Source: Octopus bimaculoides (Eukaryota). From it: 33,203 nt of DNA. Made by a program: the position numbers and the translations under genes. The notes under the pieces are model-generated. The model had not been told where the DNA came from and made no database searches. It was given only the letters and a program-made list of their open reading frames with translations. Location of the stretch: assembly GCF_001194135.2 (NCBI RefSeq), contig NC_068982.1, positions 61,280,933 through 61,314,135 of the forward strand. The letters run 5' to 3'. The number at the start of each line of letters is the position of its first letter. The first letter of the stretch is position 1. This document shows positions 11,060 to 22,200 of the stretch, piece after piece.

Positions 11060-11640
11060 AGACATCTTAAATAAGAAATTCCTGTCAATCTCCTTTGATC
11101 TATATAGGGATGTTACATTAGCCATCTATAGAGGTGGAAACAAACCCACCCAGGACATTTTAAGAAAGACCTGATACTCACTCTTAACTTCTTGGGAGTT
11201 AAGGTTAACATAGAGATTGACCTTACCATAGTAAATTTTTTAGACATAACACTTGATTTAGGTACTGATTCATACAGGTTCTGTCATACATCAACGTATC
11301 CTTCTGCCAACTACTTTTAGTCTTTAAAATCTCATAAAGGGTGTCAGAAAGAGAATTTCAAGCCTATTTTTGAATAAAGATGTTTTTGATGCAGCAGCCC
11401 CCTATTACAACAAGGTTCTAGCAGCCAGTGGGTTTAAGGACCACATCATTTTTATACCTGGCCCTAGCATTGCAAGGGAAAGTCCTCTGGTTTGCCCTGC
11501 CTTTCTTATCTAACATGAAAACCTGATTAAGAAAGACTTTCCTTAGATTAGTGGATAAGCATTTTACATTGATCCTTAGGTATAGGAGATTATTCAATAT
11601 GCATAAATTAAGGATCTTATTCAGCTGTGCACCTAATTTT
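11060..11640 (+). mobile_element. Second, more degenerate Penelope-like RT fragment
   Basis: Frameshifted frames give DLYRDVTLAI (YRDD-like), VNFLDITLDL, DVFDAAAPYYNKVLAASGF, KVLWFALPF, FLRLVDKHF and LFNMHKLRILFSCAPNF. Confidence 0.8.
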
Positions 11641-12300
11641 TACTCTTTTACATGTTTGTCATTTGACTGCAGCCATACTGGAGCACTACCTTCAGTCAAA
11701 GAAATCAAGCCCAGGACTTATTCTTTGTAAGCCTAGTACTTATTCTATCAGTCTCTTTTGCCAAACAACTAAGTTCCAAGGACATAAACACACCAGCATC
11801 GGATGTCAAGTGATGGTGGTGGTGGTGGGAATAAACACACACACACATATATAAATATATATGTATTAAATAGTGGAAGAGATATATATATATACTTAAA
11901 TAGTGGAAGAGATATTATGTTGCCGTGTGCTCGAACTCTGCAAGAAGTTAAAAAATTTTTTTGACTAAAACACAACTGGAACCCTAAGTAAGGCATGTGT
12001 AAAATTTGAATGAAATTGGTTGCGTAGTTCTCGAGTTTTAGGGATTCACGCAGACAGACAGACAGACAGACACACATTCTCATTTTTACATATATAGATA
12101 TATATATCATCATCATCGTTTAACGTCCGCTTTCCATGCTAGCATGAGGCTTCTTTCAGTTTCTGTGTACCAAATCCACTCACAAGGCTTTGGTCGCCCT
12201 GAGGCTATAGTAGAAGACACTTGCCTACGGTGCCACACAGTAGTACTGAACCAAGAACCTTGTGGATGGAAAGCAAGCTTCTTACCACACAGCCGCACCT
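11641..12300 (-). mobile_element. tRNA-derived octopus-type SINE, interrupted in its central microsatellite
   Basis: Head at 12145-12300 and tail at 11641-11850 are reverse-complement homologues of the + strand SINE at 18148-18534 (shared blocks such as ggcaagtgtcttctactatag and agtcaaatgac..aagtaaaaga). An RTE-tail fragment (12108-12148) and a Helitron-like piece lie between them. Confidence 0.8.
11865..12098 (-). mobile_element. Non-autonomous Helitron-like element
   Basis: Minus strand starts A|TCTATATATGTAAAAATGAGAATG followed by (GTCT)n, the layout of short non-autonomous Helitrons; no canonical CTAG 3' end was found. Confidence 0.55.
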
Positions 12301-13029
12301 CACCTAATGTCAAAATAATTTTAGGATGTTCGTGTAAGGTTAGCAGTAAGTACCTAGTGAATGGTTGATGCAACATTACTAGAAGAAGGGTTATAATGTT
12401 AGCTAAAAACAGCTGGAACAACCTGACCATACTTGAACAGGTGTTGTGAGCTTTGATTGGTCAAAAGTAGAATAATTCTAAAGAATTTACATGATCTAGG
12501 TTCCTTCCTGATCGCCAAAGTAAAATATTTAGTTGGTGTCCTCACGATAGAAAATTTATTTTAGCAATGTGGTCATCTATTTTTTCAGACAAGAGAACAA
12601 AAAAAGTGTATGCAGGTATAACTGACTCCTATTGGTAACAGCTGACATGGTACCATGGGATGCAACTCTTCTTTTCCTCTGAAAAATAAAACTTTTCACT
12701 ATCTTTTTTGATTCTGCTTTTTACCACCACATCATTACCAAATGAAACTGGGCTGTATATTCACCTTCAGGATAAAAGAGGCTACATGCTTCTGGCCTGC
12801 ATACCTGAAGTGTTGTCAATATTGTCAAATGCAATAGTTGGTGTGAAAATCTTGGTAACAACTGTATGCCATAATCAGGAATATGTTGATCAATTTCTTT
12901 TAGAGTGTGCTTTTCTTCTAACTTTATGGACAACTAACCAATAATATATATAGCCTTTAACATCTAGCATAAAGTCACTGCTCCCTTTCTCAAAATACAC
13001 TTCCAAAGAGGGCTTTCTTTTTTCCTTTT

Positions 13030-13190
13030 CCTTTCTTTGTCTTGCAAGTGACTTGTTGACATCACCAATGCTGATGTCATGAAAGAAGCACTGTTAGGAT
13101 AGGTATCCAGCCACAGTAACCATGCCAAAACTGACAGTGGGGCTTCACACAGCCTTGCAAGTTGTCAGATCTTGTCAAAATAATAACCAT
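13030..13190 (+). mobile_element. Diverged fragment of RTE 3'-UTR-type repeat
   Basis: gttaggataggtatccagccacagtaaccatgccaaa resembles gttaggaagggcatccagctgtagaaactctgccaaa at 8927-8963. Confidence 0.55.
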
Positions 13191-13284
13191 ATATTCCTCT
13201 TAGTTTGGAATCCCCAAATTTTACTATATTCTACGACATTTTTCATTATTAAGAGAAATGAGGATGCCTTAAGGTTCATATATC

Positions 13285-13790
13285 TGTAAGGACTATGCGA
13301 TGTGAGGTGCGAGAATGGCTCTTTAGTACCACATCACACAGCTCTTACAATAAAGAGAAAATTGATAGAACCATTTACTTGCCAGATGGAAAAGAGATAC
13401 TATCGCGTAAGAATTATTAAGAGAAGATTTATTGATATGTTAACATGTGTCTGTGTGTGTGTGTGATCTATACAGAATAATAGACAGGCTGTCATGAGAA
13501 CAAATGTATGTGTGTATGTAGGCATAGATGTATGCAAGTGTTAAGAACATATAAGGATGGCAATGAAGAAGGAGACAGTGAAAGAGTCTATAGCCATCAA
13601 ATTGAGAAGTAAGTTCATAGACACAAGAAAGATAACATATCAATAAATCTTCTCTTACTCATTCTTATGTGGTTGTGTCTCTTTTCCATCTGGCAAGTAA
13701 ATTTTCTCTTTATTGTAAGGGCTGTGTGATGTGGTATTAAAGAGCCATTCTCACACCTCATATCACATGGTCCTTACAAATTGGTGACCT
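13285..13790. repeat. Long inverted repeat (arms about 13285-13442 and 13634-13778, spacer about 190 bp); probable foldback/MITE-type element
   Basis: The reverse complement of the right arm aligns with the left arm over about 145 nt, apart from a 12-nt indel and scattered substitutions. Confidence 0.85.
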
Positions 13791-14339
13791 TCATGTGATC
13801 CTATTTAGGGCCTCTGATTGATTATACACAGCAAGTTGATGCAACAGAGTAAGAGACAAATTGTGCCAATACCAACCAATCAAAGTAGTGGACACGACAG
13901 GATCTAAATAGCAGCCAAAGGCTAGCTAGCTATTCCCTGCTATGTTCGAATGCACATAGATATATAATATATGGGAGAGAGGAATTTCACCCAAGTCAAC
14001 GCTACAGAGAGTCCTTCACCAGTCATTTTATGGGAGACAAAATGGACGATAAAAGGAAGATATCTCTGTAGCGAAGAAATTAGAAAGGACGGTTGGTCAT
14101 TAAAATAAAATGAAAGCTGGCACTGAACAAAGAATTTGAAGATCTTTGTTCTTGACGTAGTCACTACTTAGTAGTGGTGTGACCGAGTGATGGTTCTTTA
14201 GAAGGGGTCGCCAAATTGTAAGTAGGACTGTGGATGCATGTTTTAAGTCGGGTCGCCAATTTGTAAGAGCCATTCTCGTCACCTCACATCGCACGGCCCA
14301 TACATATCTCATATTGATAACAATGATATTTGCTAATAT

Positions 14340-14920
14340 GTTTTCAGAAACATTAGCTATTAAACTAAAGCAAGTTATCCCTTCACTTCGGGCGACACCA
14401 TATTAGTCACACTATCGAATCTTTCTTTGCTGTAACATCAAATCGTGGGAAATTCTTTTCCGCCCACGTTGACTGTGGACGTACATCAAGACATCAACAG
14501 TGTCAATCTAACCAGTCTCAGGGGGCCACCGAAACTTATAAGACAAGAGTATTCCTTTCAACTGACAAAACACATTAAAGTAAAGTAACAAACTGAAACA
14601 TGTCAAATGAAAAAGAAACAAAGACAAAAAAACAAACAAACAAAAAACTCTGAATATTTAAACGACGGTCCCACCTCACTGTACCGCTCTCTTAAAATCA
14701 AAAATCAATTTTGGACCGCTACGGGAGCGTACATTAACCAACAAATTAATATATCGCATACAAATTTATCGGTTCTTCTTATTTTTAAATTAATTAAAAC
14801 TTTCTGAAGCATCATTTAAATTTTTATTATATTTAGAATTAGTAAGACTGAAAAAAAAACCCCACTAAAAACAAAAACAAAGTATTTAAGTAACATAGTA
14901 ATTTCTCCCTTTGATAAAAC
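14340..14920 (+). promoter_or_regulatory. CpG-enriched promoter/5' region of DNAJC1; YY1-like motif AAAACATGGCG overlaps the start codon
   Basis: Roughly 20 CpGs in about 600 bp against a CpG-poor background, directly 5' of the first coding exon. The TSS cannot be located from sequence. Confidence 0.6.
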
Positions 14921-15070
14921 ATGGCGCCTACCGGTGGTATGTCAACGTGTCTATTGAGCTTATGGCTTGCATGTGGTATTGTTATTGCTTGGGATAGTGA
15001 TCATTTGGAACTTTTTGATCTTGTTGAAGAAATCGGGAGTAACTTCTATGAAGTTTTAGGCGTTGATGAG
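14921..15070 (+). CDS. DNAJC1: First coding exon of DnaJ homolog subfamily C member 1 (ERdj1/MTJ1); partial gene
   Basis: ATG in AAAACATGG context; 150 nt encode MAPTGGMSTCLLSLWLACGIVIAWDSDHLELFDLVEEIGSNFYEVLGVDE, a signal peptide followed by the DNAJC1-type AW.S.DLELFDLVEE...NFY..LGV start of the J domain. Ends at a strong phase-0 donor GAG|GTAAGC. Confidence 0.9.
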
Positions 15071-15830
15071 GTAAGCTATTGTTTTAAAGGCGTAACTTGA
15101 TGAATTAACATGATAGATGTGTATGACAAGAGACTATCATTACAAATTCTTAAAGAAAGAAAAGCATTTTACCCGATTCATAAGAATGTGTTACTTATAT
15201 GTATATTTAAGACTTAATTGACGAAGAAATGTGTAATGCATCCCTTGTGGTACGTTACATTTTCATTTCTAATCGTATTCTCAGTTTTCAGTCAAGTGTG
15301 TTAAGTGTTGACAGTTCTTCAATTTATGGTCATTACACACACATATATGCAGATACACGCACACTTATGTACAGTCAACGTTGTTAAATGATGTGCATTT
15401 TCTTATATAATCCTATTCTTTATTTATATTATAGTAGAGGTGTTTGCTCAAAGTAAGTTTTGTTATCCTACCAGGTTTAACACATCTGTTAACCTCCCTT
15501 TCTGTTTTATGATCAAATTTATTTGCAAACATAAACGATGAAATATTGTTTTGAGTTCATGGAACCCATAAAGTTTAAAACAACTTATTGTTCCACGATT
15601 CTTCAGATATTCTTGCGTGTGTTTTCTGGGGAATATATATATNNNNNNNNNNNNNNNNNNNNNNNNNNNNNNNNNNNNNNNNNNNNNNNNNNNNNNNNNN
15701 NNNNNNNNNNNNNNNNNNNNNNNNNNNNNNNNNNNNNNNNNNTGCTTGTTTGCAACCATCACGATATTGTGACCTGGGTACACAAACACACACACACAAG
15801 TATGTACACACATACACACACACATATGTA

Positions 15831-16410
15831 CAGGGTGCAATAGGTAAATTGTCGCCATTTCATATCTTTAATTTCGTGCATGTGCATTGTTTGTTTTTGT
15901 TTCTGTCAACTACACAGTATAGTAGGGTCAGTTAGACATTGTCAGTGAGAAAAACAGAACCATGACGCAATTCCTTTTACCAGAAATCTGGAAAAGACAT
16001 GCTGTACTGCTTGGCATTCATGCCAGAAGCTCCAATATGAACATTTCTGAGTGTCTGAGTATCAATCTGAGGACAGTACAGAGATTGATAAAAATCAAAC
16101 ATCCAGTCAACATCATGGTGTTTGGAGTGATCACTAGTGATGGCAACATTATGCCTTTATCCATCTTCCAACATGGCCTCAGACTTAACAAGGAGGCCTA
16201 CATCAAGTGCCTGGAGTCAAGAGGGTGGCTGCTGGAAGACCATATGTTTGGCAACAGGACTCTGCACCATGCCACACAAGCTGGACAACCCAGTCATGGC
16301 TGTCAGACAATTTTTGCAACCACATCACCCCTAACATCTGGCCACCTAACTCTCCAGACTGCAAGTCCCTTGATTATTATGTGTGGGGCACAATTAAGCA
16401 AGAGACCAGC
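15831..16410 (+). mobile_element. Internally deleted Tc1/mariner-superfamily element, DD37D (maT-type)
   Basis: TA|CAGGGTGCAATAGG left end; HTH-like LRTVQR joined directly to KHPVNIMVFGV; VWQQDSAPCH..WPPNSPDCKSLDYYVWG has 37 residues between the second and third catalytic D. No right TIR found. Confidence 0.85.
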
Positions 16411-16419
16411 AAAAGTAAA

Positions 16420-16790
16420 GGAGAGGCATCTTTGCCTCCACTGATTCAGTTGCAAAGTATTATTTTGAGTAAAGTTATTTGGCTGCAGACCTCCTGTGGG
16501 TCTTTTTATTATCACTGGGTCAGAGATAGTCCCCAGATGGTAACATTGATTTCAAGGCCTTTCCAGATAAGTGATTGGTCAGTCAAAGAGATTCATCGAT
16601 TGCCTATTTATTCTGTGCAGTTACCTGGCGGCACAGTGATCATTGGCAAACTCCAGAGCTGACACTTTCATTTCCCCTTAGCCCTCATGCCACACAGTTG
16701 TTAATGTTTATTTGAGTTGGGTCACGCCCTTCCAATTGCTGCTGTTCTCCATTTTTCAGGAGCAAAAACCTTTGAATGAGTTTTATAAGA
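16420..16790 (-). mobile_element. Highly degenerate LINE RT fragment
   Basis: Minus strand KVSALEFANDHCA resembles LE(F/Y)ADD, preceded by a PTQINI block similar to PTLFNI. Confidence 0.4.
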
Positions 16791-16879
16791 TTAGGATTTT
16801 GGAATCTGGGCATAAAGATGAGTAGTATGGGATAAATATGTCATGATTAGAATTTTTGTTAAGGCATGTAAAGATAGAA

Positions 16880-17018
16880 AGAACCCCATTAAAATTCCTA
16901 ATCTCCAATTTTGATGAAATTTGAATCATATGTATTCCAGTTCATTAGAGAAAATATAAAAGAAATGTCTAATTCTTGAATTCCATGTGACACGGACAAC
17001 GCCAGGTATCTCTGCTAG
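16880..17018 (+). mobile_element. Helitron-type 3' terminus
   Basis: ccatgtgacacggacaacgccaggtatctctgCTAG|T: short hairpin, then CTAG, then T. Confidence 0.55.
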
Positions 17019-17494
17019 TGTGTGTGTGTATGTGTGTGTGTATATATATGTGTGTGTGTGTGTGTGTGTTTGTGTGTAGAAAGACAGACAGACAGATAGA
17101 TATTTATATCTGTAACCTTATATGCATAAGCGTATGCACAAGTCCCACTGTGCGTTTGTGTGTGTGTGTGTATTTGCATATTTAATGATTTAAATTGTTG
17201 TATACAGATATTTGTAAGCATGCACAAGCACACATACACACTCACATGCACACATCCATATTCAACAAAAACAGGTTTTCAGATTTTTACCCCTCCCTTA
17301 ATTAACATATGTTGGCTAGGTTTACAAATTCTTGTTAAATCAGCAGCTTTAGATTGTAGGTACCATGTTTGTTAATCTAAGAAGACATAAATGGTAGCAG
17401 TGAAATAGGAAAATTTTGGCAATAACCCCATCATCATTAATATTATGAAATCAATACTATCTCAGTGACTATAATGGAGAGAAACTGCTGCTGG

Positions 17495-18531
17495 TTGTTC
17501 TACAACACATATTTATGTAATCTGTGCTACCCTACAATAATTATTCATATAATTTGTGCTATTCTACAATATATGTTTATGTAATGTGTGCAACTCTACA
17601 ATACATATTTACATTATCTGGGCTGCTCTACAATACTTATGTAATTTGTAATGCCATGCAATATATATATTTGTATGTAATCTGTGCCGCTCTACAACAC
17701 ATATTTATATAATCTGTGCTAGCTTACGATACATATTCATGTAATTTATGCTGTTCTACAGTATATATTTGTGTAATCTGTACTGCCTAACAATATATAT
17801 TTATGTTATCCGTGCTGCTCTACAGTACATATTTATGAAATCTGTGCCACCATGCAATATATATTTATATAATCTGTGCTACTCTGCAATATATAACTAT
17901 GTAATTTGTGTTGCTCTTCAATACATATTTATGTAATCTGTGCTGCTCTGCAATACATATTTATGCAATTTGTGCTGCCACACAATATACATTTATGTAA
18001 TCCATGCTGCTCTACAATACATATATACATTATATGTACTGTTCTAAAATATATAGATATATAATATGTACCATTCAACAATACATTTTGTTATAATTTG
18101 TACTCTTCTACAAAATGTGTATTCCCAGCTGATGCAAAGTACTTTAGATGCAGGTATGGTTGTGGTTAAGAAGTTTGCTTTGCAACTACAGCTTCAGGTT
18201 CAATGCCACTGCATAGCATCTTGGGCAAGTATCTTCTACTTTAGTTCCAGCCCAACCAATGTCTTGTGGGTAAATTTGGTAGACAGAAACTTTATAGAAG
18301 CCCAGTGTGTGTGTGTGTGTGTGTGTGTGTGTCTTTGTCACTACCACATTCACCCAACATTTGACAGCCGGTGTTGGTCTGTTTATGTCCCCATACTTTA
18401 ACAATACGGCAAAAAGAGACTGACAGGATAAGTGGACTTAAGAATAAATATTGGGGCTAATTTGTTCAACTAAACCTCCTCAAGGCAGTACAACAGCATG
18501 GCTGCAATCCAGTGAGTGAAACAAGTAAAAG

Positions 18532-18571
<40 letters not shown>

Positions 18572-18765
18572 GTATGTAATCTGTATTGCTCTACAGCACA
18601 TATACATGTACTCTATGCTGTTCTATAATCTATATTTATGTTATCTTGGCTGTTCAACAATATATATGTATGTAATCTGAGCTGTTCTACAATATACAAT
18701 ATACATGTATGTAATCAGTTCCATTTTGCAATACATATGTATATACATTATACTTGTTTGCAACA
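17495..18765. repeat. 32-bp minisatellite (about 19 copies at 17495-18117, about 6 more at 18570-18765), interrupted by a SINE
   Basis: Consensus catatttatgtaatctgtgctgctctacaata; units abut with no unique spacers and degrade towards the 3' end. Confidence 0.9.
18148..18534 (+). mobile_element. tRNA-derived octopus-type SINE with internal (GT)n, followed by (TA)n
   Basis: Head with A/B-box-like tggttgtggttaag and ggttcaatgcc; tail cagcatggctgcaatccagtgagtgaaacaagtaaaag; homologous to the copies at 11641-12300 and 32735-32895. Confidence 0.85.
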
Positions 18766-18844
18766 CATAATATACCTATGTGGAAAATTATGAAGGTGAC
18801 AACAGAAAACAAGGTTCTTCCTTCTGCACTACAATCAACTTAGA

Positions 18845-19051
18845 CCTCATCATCATCATCATCAATGAATGTTAAATGATGATGGTGAAAAAGCCAGAAG
18901 ACTGCACCCAGGCTTCACTGTCAGTTTTGGCATGGCTTTTATGGCTGGGTGCCCTTCTTAACACCAATCACCTTATAGAATAGACTGAGTGCTTTTTACA
19001 AAGCACCAGCAAGATCTGTTTTGGAATGGCTTTTTTGGCTGGATGCCCTTC
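18845..19051 (-). mobile_element. RTE 3'-UTR-derived repeat fragments
   Basis: ggctgggtgcccttcttaacaccaatcac and ggctggatgcccttctt match the reverse complement of 8920-8946; (CAT)n tail at about 18848. Confidence 0.7.
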
Positions 19052-19055
19052 TTAA

Positions 19056-19275
19056 CCCTTTCGTTACCAACCCAGCTGAAACCGGCTCTGGCTCTGAGTA
19101 CAAATGTCTTGTTTTCATAAGTTTTGAATGAAAATCTTCCACCAAACCTTAGTCACAATTTATGTTCCTAACACTAGCTTAATGATGACTAAGTTATTTT
19201 ACTAAATTCTTTGTTATATTTAAAGTAATTGAAAGAAACACAGAGCATCTCAAAATAAACACAGTAACAAAAGGG
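19056..19275. mobile_element. piggyBac-type MITE, 220 bp, TTAA TSD
   Basis: TTAA|CCCTTTCGTTAC ... GTAACAAAAGGG|TTAA; TIRs match at 11/12; no coding capacity. Confidence 0.9.
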
Positions 19276-22200
19276 TTAATGTGAAGGACCATTGGTATCT
19301 GCATGGTCATCCCCTTCTGTAGAATTAACTCAAGAACTTCTCTCACATTACCAGTACATATCACATCAATGTAGATAAGCCAATGAGGGGACCTTTTATG
19401 AGGACCAGTTATAGTAGGGTACCTATAACTGGTACCCTACTATCGTAACAAAGGAAAGATATATTGGCCAACATACTCATAGATATACAGGAAGATAGAA
19501 TGACCCTAGCTGAGCTGAAATCCCTTTCTGTAGGGGTTTGTTCAACTACAGATGGTTTTGGGCTTAACAGAAGCTTCAATATAACAGGGATTGAAAATAT
19601 TCTACCATCTATCATATACCCATCTTGCTCTTACCATGACCCTCCAATCTTTTGTACATTATCCAATATGTCTTTTCTTTTTTAAGATTTAAGGGAAATT
19701 TGGTTGCAATTTCTAACAAATTAAACAGCTGTGTAGAGGTTCCCATAAAGACTAAATCTTTTTTTCTTTTTTTTATGATTTACGATGCTGGTAATGAACC
19801 TTTTTCTGTAAAAATGAAGTAGAATTCAAACTATACTGCAATTAATAGAATCTGTAAAGTAAGATAGAATGTGAGACGAGAGGTGAGTTTTAATGCTTTG
19901 AGCAAGGCCATTCTTTGAAGGAATAAGAATTGAAAATTTTCAGGATTTTATATTGGGGTAGGCTGATTTTGCTATATTTCGAACAGCCTCCAACTTGAAA
20001 CCTCATAGCCTTTACTTCCTTTTTGCATTTTTACAGTGTAAATCTATTACATATTACTGTACAGCTAACATTTTACAGTCATACTGTATCATAGAGTTTA
20101 TGCAAACATGAGAAAATTTCCCTTTGTATAAAGACACTCTCTTCATGGCTTTATGAATACAAGTTCTATAAAATTATTTCCAGCCACAATGAAATTAAGT
20201 CAAAATATCATTATTGACCAGCAATGATTCATTGACCTCATTAACTCTGATGCATCACTGCAGCCAACAGAGTCAATGTATTGTGTGTCCTGTGTGTTTT
20301 GATAGAGCATTTAGTGCAGAAAAACAAGTGCAATTGTTGTAGGATAGCCATGGTCAGCACTGCTTGATAAGTCCTATTGCTTGGAGACAACTGATTTAAC
20401 ATAGCATTCACACAGCTACCTGTATGACACATGTTTTCTATACAGGACTATCTTTTTTTTTATTGAGGCACTCTGCCATGTTAAAGATGATATGGAGAAT
20501 TTTGAAGCAGATTTGGTGATTACATAAAAAAAAGACAAGTAACTATGGAAATACCTCCATCCCAGCAAAAACTACCTTGTATGGTGATGATCTATCTAAA
20601 GTACATATCAAACCCCTGATACTACCAAAACAACATAGCTTCACTTAACTTTTCATTTTTATTTGTCTTTGCTTTGTTTTACTATTTCATTTTTTTCTAA
20701 ATACATGATACATTTTATGATGTGACATGTAAATAATCACCACTTCCTCACACTCTCACCGGAATTTATTTCATTAATCCTGAAATGAATGAAGTAGCAA
20801 GATGAAAGTAGCATAATTTTAACTCAGAAACTGAAATAGATACCTTAAGAAACTAGCAAAACCTTGCACAGAGTGCCCTTGAGCAAGACTTATTAAATTG
20901 CTGTTGTGATGCTAAACTTCGGTTGATAAATGGCAATTTATATTTTAAGCTTATCATCATGCTCATTCATGTTATAATTCCATTCCTCATGAGGGCAAAG
21001 GAAGTTTTAAATGTTCCACCATAATTCAGGTAATTTTGACTTACATCTATTTTTCATATCACGGATATTAATTGTGAAAGTCGTGGTATCAGTATCAAAG
21101 AACAACAACAACAACAACAACAGATTTTATGTTTATTTGAAACCTGCTAGCATGAGGTAAATAGATCTGCACTGACATTAAGGATTTTCAAAGTTAGTTA
21201 CACTTCATGGTACAAACAAGCATCTGACGAAGTATTTCTCTGTCAGGAAAGTTCACTCAACACTCGTGTGTTTTACCAAAGCAAGGTTTGAACAGTGATC
21301 AAAAAGTTGTGAATACTGCTTTCTCTTATCATGTTTTCTAGTTTATGTATTAGTAAGGTTCAAATATAAGTGCATGTGTGTGTGTATCATTAAAGTTACT
21401 TTAAAGATGTACATGTTTGTATGTGTGTATAACTAATTTAATGAAAATATTATGTTAGGTTTAAAAAACGGCTTCATCTAATTAAACTTTGCAAAAATGG
21501 TAGATTATTTCCACTACACAGAATTTATTCAAGAGAAAAAGGAAAGTGCTAATATTTCAGAAAGTTTCCTAGTCCCCATAACAAAATTAATAGCCAATAC
21601 CAGGAGAAAAATTAACAAAGATAGGTAGGTAACAATAAATATTAACTTGGCTTAAAATTTCTGTTGTAAATAGAGGCATTTTAAAATGATATTTCTGCAA
21701 TAGAGAAATTGATTTCTGACTGTGTTAAATCAATTAGATTACGGAAATTCCTTCATCTTATCTTTCATTATATTATTGTCTGGACACCAGCAAACTGGAA
21801 CAAAATTTTAGTGAAGAAAGCTTACAAGCAATATGACATGATATATGGAGGTCATCAATGTTATAATCCATTCTAGCTATTATTGGTACACAGCCTCCAG
21901 TGTATTAATGGTCACTCAATGAATTATTTATATCATTACAGTCCCCCTAAAGCCAGAGGCACTCTGGACACGAAGTTCTAATGAAAAGACCTCAATTAAC
22001 AGTTGGTTACTTGCATTACAGTGAACAGTTCACCCCCTCCCTCCATGACCATCATTATTCAAGTGGAAGCCAGCAAGGGGGTGACACAAGCAGAATAGAC
22101 ATAAATGACTGAACTCTGACACAAAACTGCCTTTTAACAAATATCTAATAAAGATAGAAACAAAAATATCATAACAACATTTAGTACAATGCAATAGCAG

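Noticed and set aside
12560-12695. Minus-strand exon of a divergent gene (strong ttttatttttcAG acceptor at about 12683)
   Set aside because: All three frames close within about 35 codons, and I found no good donor or recognisable protein.
17495-18765. Regular ~32-bp repeats as a CRISPR array
   Set aside because: Units are contiguous and degenerate, with no unique spacers and no cas genes, in a eukaryotic context; this is a minisatellite.
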